From positions 1 through 37,335 of IMG/VR virus record IMGVR_UViG_3300032253_000014: a DNA stretch of 37,335 nucleotides; one strand, written 5' to 3'. Source of the DNA: a virus (lineage: Duplodnaviria > Caudoviricetes). Numbering within the stretch: the stretch's first letter is position 1; each line of letters begins with the position of its first letter. The translations under genes were made by a program, and so were the position numbers. The notes under the pieces are model-generated. The model saw nothing but the letters and a program-made list of their open reading frames with translations, had not been told where the DNA came from and did no database searches. Shown here piece after piece: positions 9,359-15,508 of the stretch.

Positions 9359-10012
9359 TTGAATAAGGTAACTGACATGATTATACGGATGAAAAGAGCT
9401 GCAGGCGTTGAGAAAGACATAGAGCTTGCAGCCATACTTGGAACAAACAAAAATACATTTTCCGGGTGGAAAATACAAAATCAAAAGATCCCGATTGAAA
9501 ATACGATAGAGTTCTGTAACAAATACAACACGACCTTAGATTGGATCATAAGAGGCAAAGGAAGATCATCAGAGCAGGCAGCAGGAATATGCAGCGTTCC
9601 ATTTTACAACAAGCTTAATATGAGCGACTTGGCAAAAAGCGCAAAGACATTTTTCGACAATAACGAAAGCATCATTATATCTATGCCTCTTCCAATGGAA
9701 GGGTGCAAACCAGATGATGATATTATAGCTTATAGATCAATAGGTATAGATATGCCCTACACTTCACCAAAAGGGAGCGTAGTGTTTATAAACATGAGCA
9801 GGGCCGATGATAAATATTTATTTGGTATGTATATTATAGAAACAAAGAGCGGTGTATCAGCAAAGCTCATAACGCAAACAAGCGACAAGGATATATTTTT
9901 ATTAAAATCTGAGAATAAACATATCGAAACATGGAAACTAAGCAGATCAGAGTTTACTATTGTAGGTAGGATCTCAGCAGTAATGAAATATAACCCATCG
10001 ATATTGCAATAA
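9359..10012 (+). CDS. CI-like repressor (HTH plus S24-like domain)
   Basis: KDIELAAILGTNKNTFSGWK...LDWIIRGKG N-domain; C-domain with LKSENK and IVGRI; GGAG before the TTG start. Confidence 0.85.
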   Translation: MNKVTDMIIRMKRAAGVEKDIELAAILGTNKNTFSGWKIQNQKIPIENTIEFCNKYNTTLDWIIRGKGRSSEQAAGICSVPFYNKLNMSDLAKSAKTFFDNNESIIISMPLPMEGCKPDDDIIAYRSIGIDMPYTSPKGSVVFINMSRADDKYLFGMYIIETKSGVSAKLITQTSDKDIFLLKSENKHIETWKLSRSEFTIVGRISAVMKYNPSILQ

Positions 10013-10651
10013 ACTATATATTTTACTATATAGTTTTAAGCCCTAAGCCCGAAGCGTTGGCAAGAGCGGGGATTGTTGCCGCATCATACTTTCACCACAA
10101 AGCATTTACCCTCACAAGAGTACGATCACGAATAGAAAAGAGCGTGTGAGCGATTTATAGAGCGAAAATTTTAGGATCTGTTTTTGAAAATGATAAAAAT
10201 CCGGTGTTCCACCATAGTATAGGCGCGCGGCGGCAATGGGGAAACACCCCCCCCCCTAAAAAAATAAGCTTGCCTCTACCCGTTCCCGCGATCATCTGCC
10301 CTCGGTCCTAATTATTATAATACATACCATTACACGGACACATATTAATAATTAGAAGCGCAGCAGTTTGGAAAAACCTCTGCAAAGCCCTGTATTACGG
10401 TAATGATTATAAATTGGGGGAGATTATAATAAATGAATTTGTCTTAAGTTTAGCAGCTCAGATCCCTAACCTTAAAGATCCGCGCGGGATGGGATGGTTT
10501 TTCCACCAAAGCCCATGTCAAAACCACAACCCAGGTCTTGAAGGACTATCCGATTATCGCTCTTTGTCTTCGCGCTTAAGCCTTAAAGCTTACCAGGTGA
10601 AGCCAAACCCGCCCCCGCCCTGCTGCCGCGCCTTTGGCTTGTACTTATGGC

Positions 10652-10873
10652 CTAGAGCAGGCCGTCACGCTTCATCTTCTCCTGGACTGCCATCTTTGCA
10701 TAGCCTGCGAATGTGAAGCCGTTTGTCTTTAGTGTCTTATAGATAGCTACAGGAACACCCCGCACCAGGAGATCTTTAGTCTCAGCCTCTTCCTCTTCCT
10801 CTCTGCTCTGCAGACTCGCCTTGCCTGCAGCCTGGTCTAGTTCATACTCGTCTAAGTTGTTTAGTTCTGCCAT
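10652..10873 (-). CDS. Small ribbon-helix-helix protein (ParG/ParB type Ib centromere-binding protein)
   Basis: Acidic flexible N-terminus, then LLVRGVP-VAIYKTLK-FAGYAKMAVQEKM; overlaps the end of parA. Confidence 0.75.
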   Translation of the reverse strand: MAELNNLDEYELDQAAGKASLQSREEEEEAETKDLLVRGVPVAIYKTLKTNGFTFAGYAKMAVQEKMKRDGLL

Positions 10874-11487
10874 TGTTTTATTTCCTCTATTAGTAAATAC
10901 AGTTCTTTGGATGCGTTAGCATCTGATCCGTTCTCGTAAACTGACTGCGCAGCACCATAAGCATTTTTGAACGCCACTCTATTATGTACGATCGTATCGA
11001 ACATATTGAACGTGTCAGGCTGCTTTCCTATAAATGATCTGAGCTGCTGCGGTGACTTCACGTTACCGACACGCACCTTATTAAGCAGCACAGTAGCGCG
11101 CAGATCAGGCCGGGCCTTCTGCAGATCACGCAGCACCTCTTTAAACATCATAAGCCCGTCTATCTCTACCGGGGAGTCCTCAACAGGTGTGACGATCAGA
11201 TCCGAATACGCAAGCATATAGCGTGTCAATCCTGCATCGAAACCGCCAACGTCCGCGATCAGTACGCCCTTGTTCCCCTTGATGATCTTCACCAGGTCCT
11301 CTTTGCTCTTGCAGCTTACCTGCTTGATCCTGGGATCAGCTCGGCGGCTTAAGAACTTAGACAAGTGAGGCTTAGGATCGAGATCGATCACGGTAACGTC
11401 ATGATCCTTCGACAAATGACAAATGATATTTGTACTGATTGTCGTTTTACCTGTTCCCCCCTTGTCATGTGCAACACTTATTATCAT
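10861..11487 (-). CDS. parA: ParA/ParF Walker-type partition ATPase (type Ib)
   Basis: KGGTGKTT deviant Walker A, IDLDP, IADVGG; 208 aa with no N-terminal HTH. Confidence 0.95.
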   Translation of the reverse strand: MIISVAHDKGGTGKTTISTNIICHLSKDHDVTVIDLDPKPHLSKFLSRRADPRIKQVSCKSKEDLVKIIKGNKGVLIADVGGFDAGLTRYMLAYSDLIVTPVEDSPVEIDGLMMFKEVLRDLQKARPDLRATVLLNKVRVGNVKSPQQLRSFIGKQPDTFNMFDTIVHNRVAFKNAYGAAQSVYENGSDANASKELYLLIEEIKQWQN

Positions 11488-11503
11488 ACGATCTCCTTAA
11501 ATA

Positions 11504-11618
11504 GATATCAAAAAGCAATCTATATGATATCTAAAAGATAACAAAAAAACAAGACTAAAAAGCACGGCAGAGGGGAAAAGATATCTAAATGATATATAAA
11601 AGATATCTAATTGTTAGC
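11504..11618. repeat. Two 4x11-bp GATATC-type arrays (parS/operator candidate)
   Basis: Hexamers at 11504, 11515, 11526, 11537 and at 11580, 11591, 11602, 11613, immediately upstream of parA. Confidence 0.8.
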
Positions 11619-11630
11619 TTTTCAGGAAAC

Positions 11631-11653
11631 TTTAAGTATAAATAGTTCATACT
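11631..11653 (+). promoter_or_regulatory. Promoter of the rightward early operon (TTTAAG-N11-CATACT)
   Basis: Same geometry as the promoter at 240-218. Confidence 0.55.
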
Positions 11654-11654
11654 T

Positions 11655-11810
11655 CGGTTAAGTCATCGAGTTGATGACCTGATCGCCTCCCTTCAAAGCG
11701 ATGATAAAAAAGGATTGTGGAACGGCAGCACTGCAAAGGCAACGAGGCACAACGCTTCGCAAAGGATCATCCCTGGTGATTCGCTGCGAGTCGTTTAGAC
11801 AGACTCAAAA
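11655..11810 (+). ncRNA. Structured 5' leader or ncRNA candidate
   Basis: Stems at 11655-11685, 11682-11702, 11757-11789 and 11788-11806. G-U pairs favour the plus strand. Confidence 0.45.
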
Positions 11811-11830
11811 AACGCTAACGGAGTAACAAC

Positions 11831-12058
11831 ATGGAAACAATGGAACAAGTTGATCTCATAACTGAGAGCATCATAAACGGACAATGGAAACAAGCAGCGG
11901 ATCAAACCGTGGAACTGATTGAAGAGAATGACTGCGGATATTCTGATATCCTGGAAATCATTGCGGACGGCAGTACAGCAGGACACAACAACATTTTCAG
12001 ACTAATGAGAGTGATTGAAAACAATCATCACCTAACCCTAAACGGAGTGAAATTATGA
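11831..12058 (+). CDS. Small acidic early protein
   Basis: GGAG RBS, 75 aa. Confidence 0.75.
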   Translation: METMEQVDLITESIINGQWKQAADQTVELIEENDCGYSDILEIIADGSTAGHNNIFRLMRVIENNHHLTLNGVKL

Positions 12059-12138
12059 ACATATACCTAGCGCAACTCATAAAAGAAGCGATCGCTGATC
12101 CCGTAACGATTACCTACAACGGAGGCCAGGACAAATGA
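12055..12138 (+). CDS. Microprotein (27 aa); not in ORF track
   Basis: GGAG RBS and ATGA overlaps on both sides; MNIYLAQLIKEAIADPVTITYNGGQDK. Confidence 0.5.
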   Translation: MNIYLAQLIKEAIADPVTITYNGGQDK

Positions 12139-12311
12139 AAGACGCTTACATGATCGTTGAAACCCTCAACGGCAACCTGGTCCTTAAACCTTCTGAGAAG
12201 GTGAAGGAAACCGAGTGTGTAGAGATCGAACTGTACGCAGACTCTTTAGAGGATGCCAAGCTGCAGTTTAAGCAGCACAAACAAGAATTGAAAGAGGCAG
12301 GACTGTTATGA
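12135..12311 (+). CDS. Hypothetical protein (58 aa); not in ORF track
   Basis: GGAGG RBS, ATGA overlaps; MKDAYMIVETLNGNLVLK... Confidence 0.65.
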   Translation: MKDAYMIVETLNGNLVLKPSEKVKETECVEIELYADSLEDAKLQFKQHKQELKEAGLL

Positions 12312-12499
12312 AACAAGTAAGACTAGGAAGCTCTATCAAGGTACTAGACAGAGCGAACAGAGAAAGTTGGTACACAGTAGAGGGCATGAGAGGTGATATT
12401 GCCCTCTACAACGAGAACGGAACTTTAGCAATGACAAGAGTAAGATCTGATCTTAACACCTTTGTCGTTAATCATGTGACTTACCAAATAAAGGACTAG
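12308..12499 (+). CDS. Hypothetical protein
   Basis: 63 aa, coupled. Confidence 0.7.
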   Translation: MKQVRLGSSIKVLDRANRESWYTVEGMRGDIALYNENGTLAMTRVRSDLNTFVVNHVTYQIKD

Positions 12500-12502
12500 A
12501 TC

Positions 12503-12859
12503 ATGGCAGCAAAATATCACGTATACAGAAACCTAAATGCAGGTGCGTTCAGCCTGCGCCTTAAAGGGATCGTACAAGAACGCAGTGATATTTATATGCT
12601 GCATGATGTAGAGATGAAGGTCAGCCAGGCAGGAAGAGCGCGCGTGCTTAAGCAGAAGCGAAAGAACGTACACGCTACTTTGGCAGCGGATCGAGTCGAG
12701 AAGATCGACAGGGCCACCGCCGAGCAGCTGCGCGACCAGGGCCAACACATTTACTACGATCCGTACATCACGGAAGAGTTCACGCTAAGCGGTGCTGCGA
12801 TCATGGCAGCTAAAACAGTTCTGTGCATAGACAACAGAGCTTATCTTATAGAGGTGTAA
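12503..12859 (+). CDS. Conserved phage protein (YRNL...GRARVL..KRKNVHA family)
   Basis: Motif pattern I recognise as recurrent in phages; AAGGA RBS; function not assigned. Confidence 0.75.
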   Translation: MAAKYHVYRNLNAGAFSLRLKGIVQERSDIYMLHDVEMKVSQAGRARVLKQKRKNVHATLAADRVEKIDRATAEQLRDQGQHIYYDPYITEEFTLSGAAIMAAKTVLCIDNRAYLIEV

Positions 12860-12860
12860 A

Positions 12861-13229
12861 ATGAAAAAGGGTGACAAAGTTATTATTGTAAGAACTATTG
12901 AAAGTATATTTTCTAAGGAGATCCGAATCGAAGAGGCAGAGATCTTAAGCAGCGGATCTAAAAAAACACAGCTTGTAGGACACTATCAAAAATATTGGAC
13001 GGCTTCTCTTGCTAGATCGATCGAGGAAGTAGAGGCTGCAAATATAGTTGGTATAGTCATTGTAAAAGAAGAGAATATCGACCGGGCAGTAGCAAAGGTC
13101 AAAGCCCTGCAGGAAAAGTCAATCAAACATTGGCAGGAAAAATTAGACAAGTATCCAAATACCAGGCGGTACGAGTATGCATTATCCAAGGCTCTAAAGC
13201 CTTTTGAAGTAGTAAGGACAGTAGCATGA
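12861..13229 (+). CDS. Hypothetical protein
   Basis: GAGG RBS, 122 aa. Confidence 0.75.
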   Translation: MKKGDKVIIVRTIESIFSKEIRIEEAEILSSGSKKTQLVGHYQKYWTASLARSIEEVEAANIVGIVIVKEENIDRAVAKVKALQEKSIKHWQEKLDKYPNTRRYEYALSKALKPFEVVRTVA

Positions 13230-13450
13230 AAAATCCGGTATGTAAAGAGTTCAAGGAGAACATCATCCCTTCGATCTCAAAAATGAATTATGAAGATGCG
13301 TATCTAACAAACAAGCGCAAGGTTATCGCCTTATGGTTTGAGTATGTTGATGAGCTTGAAAACGAGTTGATCCTCACGGATGAACAGGCTGAAACAATGC
13401 GCAAAATAGAGCCGACCTTAGACCATTGGCAAATAGTACAGGAGAATTGA
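13226..13450 (+). CDS. Hypothetical protein
   Basis: AAGGA RBS, ATGA overlap. Confidence 0.7.
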   Translation: MKNPVCKEFKENIIPSISKMNYEDAYLTNKRKVIALWFEYVDELENELILTDEQAETMRKIEPTLDHWQIVQEN

Positions 13451-13451
13451 G

Positions 13452-13787
13452 ATGAAACCAATAGTAGAGATGATCGTAAAAGATCTTGACATGAAACACG
13501 CCTCATACAAGGCGCACGTAGGACACTTCAACGGCTACACAGGATCATACAGAACAGGCGATATCTATTCGGACCTGTACCGCCTGGGCGATCAGCTGCG
13601 CAGCTACGCGAGTGACTTCAAGGTGATCCAGGGATACGGAGATCAACCGTACAGCGGCGCATACAGTAGCGACACGCTCTGCATGGTCGTAAGCTATGCA
13701 GAAGGAGATATCTCTTTCAGAGATCACGAGGGTAACAGAGCAGCTTATATTATGGAGTTGATCGATATCGCTGAGTATGTAGCATAG
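13452..13787 (+). CDS. Hypothetical protein
   Basis: GGAG RBS, 111 aa, C-terminal SYAEGDI motif. Confidence 0.75.
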   Translation: MKPIVEMIVKDLDMKHASYKAHVGHFNGYTGSYRTGDIYSDLYRLGDQLRSYASDFKVIQGYGDQPYSGAYSSDTLCMVVSYAEGDISFRDHEGNRAAYIMELIDIAEYVA

Positions 13788-13883
13788 AAGGAGCAGCGCG
13801 CACGAGTCGGGAAACTTTAGAGCGCGCTCAGTTGATTGCTTTCGCATAACAAGGATTGGATTATAACTAAAATGGAGAAAAAA

Positions 13884-14129
13884 ATGAAGACTTCGCATAA
13901 TAGTATTGAGACACCCAAGTTAAACGGAAGAGTCCAGGATCATAAGCAGCAGATCCTCGAAGAGATCGCAAAAGGATACAAACCCTCAGAGGTCGCGCGG
14001 ATATTGCAGTTTGATACCCGCACGATCAAAAAGGCTTTGGCCCTTTGGAAGATCGAGGACGCTGCTGCTAAACTTGAAGAGGCAGGATATAATGGCACAG
14101 TTAATGAAGAAAGCGGCAACGATCTTTGA
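13884..14129 (+). CDS. HTH DNA-binding protein
   Basis: QILEEIAKGYKPSEVARILQFDTRTIKKAL. Start revised to the ATG after GGAG. Confidence 0.7.
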   Translation: MKTSHNSIETPKLNGRVQDHKQQILEEIAKGYKPSEVARILQFDTRTIKKALALWKIEDAAAKLEEAGYNGTVNEESGNDL

Positions 14130-14184
14130 TCGTTTTGAACGTAAGTTAGAACAACTCGCAGATAAAATATTATAGGAGAACATC

Positions 14185-14367
14185 ATGAAAGAACAAAAGA
14201 TGAAAACAGCAGATGAAATAATAGAAGATATGGATTATCTTTTTAGTAAGGTTAATTGGGCTAAGTCGTTTTTAGATGCAAAAGCTATTGCAATCATGGG
14301 CAACTTAAGTACCGATATAAAACTATTAGAACGTAACCAAGTGGAGAACAAAGATGAAACGCATTAG
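14185..14367 (+). CDS. Hypothetical protein
   Basis: AGGAG RBS, 60 aa. Confidence 0.65.
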   Translation: MKEQKMKTADEIIEDMDYLFSKVNWAKSFLDAKAIAIMGNLSTDIKLLERNQVENKDETH

Positions 14368-14920
14368 AAGAAGTGTAACGGACAAAGAATACCAAAAGTT
14401 GATTACTCACACCAAGAGCGATCCAGGCATCAAAGAACACAAGCGGCTTAAGCTGCTGCGGATCTTCACGCTGCTGTACTATACAGGCATGAGGATCAAC
14501 GAGATATCCCTTATCAAGGTCGAGAAGATCAACGAGCTGATCGATGAGTCAAAAGGGATCATTACCACACCCAAGAAGGAGAACGAGAGAGAGCTGCACT
14601 TTAGCGCAGATGCAGCCAAGCAGATGAAGCAGCTCACCAAGGACGCAGAGCCGCATGAGAACTTGATCTACTCCTGGGATAAGAAGACTACACCCATGCA
14701 CAAGATCTCGCTTATCTCTATGGTGAACACCTACATGAAGCAGGTACTCGGCAGCGGCTACACTTCGCACTCGTTCCGACAGGGTATAATTACAGATATG
14801 TTTGCGGCAGGGTTAAGCACCCCGATCGTACAGAAGTTCATAGGACACGCAGATCCTAAAACAACCCTGCACTATGCTGCGCCCACTTCGGCCCAGGTAC
14901 ATAGCGCGCTGATAAGGTGA
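14354..14920 (+). CDS. Tyrosine recombinase, catalytic domain only (resolvase-like)
   Basis: TGMRINE, HSFR, GH and TTLHY catalytic motifs; only 188 aa. Confidence 0.92.
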   Translation: MKRIRRSVTDKEYQKLITHTKSDPGIKEHKRLKLLRIFTLLYYTGMRINEISLIKVEKINELIDESKGIITTPKKENERELHFSADAAKQMKQLTKDAEPHENLIYSWDKKTTPMHKISLISMVNTYMKQVLGSGYTSHSFRQGIITDMFAAGLSTPIVQKFIGHADPKTTLHYAAPTSAQVHSALIR

Positions 14921-14924
14921 GATT

Positions 14925-15065
14925 ATGGAAACAACAAATATTAAAACATGCAGAGATTGTCCGCACTTTTCAAACATGCCGACAATAGTAGACGGGGAAT
15001 GTTTAATATCCCTTCGTGTAAATCATATAGATGATGAATGTGATATTCAGGAGGATGAGCAATGA
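14925..15065 (+). CDS. Cys-containing microprotein (46 aa); not in ORF track
   Basis: METTNIKTCRDCPHF...GEC...DEC; AAGGTG RBS; ATGA overlap. Confidence 0.55.
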   Translation: METTNIKTCRDCPHFSNMPTIVDGECLISLRVNHIDDECDIQEDEQ

Positions 15066-15256
15066 CACTACAACTCGAAGAGAACAATGACGGCAGGTTT
15101 GTTACCTGCCAGGGCAGCAACGATCTTGAAAAACTGAAACGCTCAGGTGAGGCAATGCTGCAGGACCGTGAAGAGAACTTCACTAACTACAGGATCATAG
15201 AAGAGGCAGGTGATTTTCATGATCCCGTTGTCGTATATCAAAAGGAAAAACAATGA
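15062..15256 (+). CDS. Hypothetical protein
   Basis: GGAGG RBS, 64 aa. Confidence 0.7.
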   Translation: MTLQLEENNDGRFVTCQGSNDLEKLKRSGEAMLQDREENFTNYRIIEEAGDFHDPVVVYQKEKQ

Positions 15257-15351
15257 AAACAAAATGTTCATACTGCGGTGCAGAAGGGTATCAACCAAGA
15301 GGTGACGGCTGTCACAGTTGCATGAAGGGGATCATGGAGGCAAAAAAATAG
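15253..15351 (+). CDS. CxxC-x11-CxxC zinc-finger microprotein (32 aa); not in ORF track
   Basis: MKTKCSYCGAEGYQPRGDGCHSCMKGIMEAKK; AAGGA RBS. Confidence 0.6.
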   Translation: MKTKCSYCGAEGYQPRGDGCHSCMKGIMEAKK

Positions 15352-15382
15352 GGTATACTTAAGCTACAACAAGGAGCTTATC

Positions 15383-15508
15383 ATGGAGACCATTATCAAC
15401 CTATGGATATATATCAAAGGTATCTTTGACACGTACAAGCCCAAGCCTAAGCCCGACTATGATGAGATCGAGCGCGGCTTAGGGATCAAGAAAGATCCTA
15501 AAGCTTAA
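15383..15508 (+). CDS. 41-aa peptide with hydrophobic N-terminus, own promoter candidate; not in ORF track
   Basis: TATACT at 15354-15359 and AAGGAG RBS; METIINLWIYIKGIFDTYKPKPKPDYDEIERGLGIKKDPKA. Confidence 0.7.
   Translation: METIINLWIYIKGIFDTYKPKPKPDYDEIERGLGIKKDPKA

Noticed and set aside
10011-10036. Palindrome as a protelomerase telRL site of a linear N15-like plasmid
   Set aside because: Only 10-bp arms with a spacer, and no protelomerase-sized gene; the terminal overlap suggests a circle.
10414-10716. 100-aa plus-strand ORF
   Set aside because: TTG start without an RBS, atypical composition, and it overlaps the RHH gene convergently.
14354-14920. Recombinase as an integrase marking an integrated prophage
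   Set aside because: It has no arm-binding domain, there is no att-like tRNA fragment or flanking host genes, and a plasmid replicon is present.
14963-14975. GCACTTTTCAAAC resembles one half of the Helicobacter difH site as I recall it, just after the recombinase
   Set aside because: The other arm is absent and the match lies inside a plausible small ORF; probably chance.
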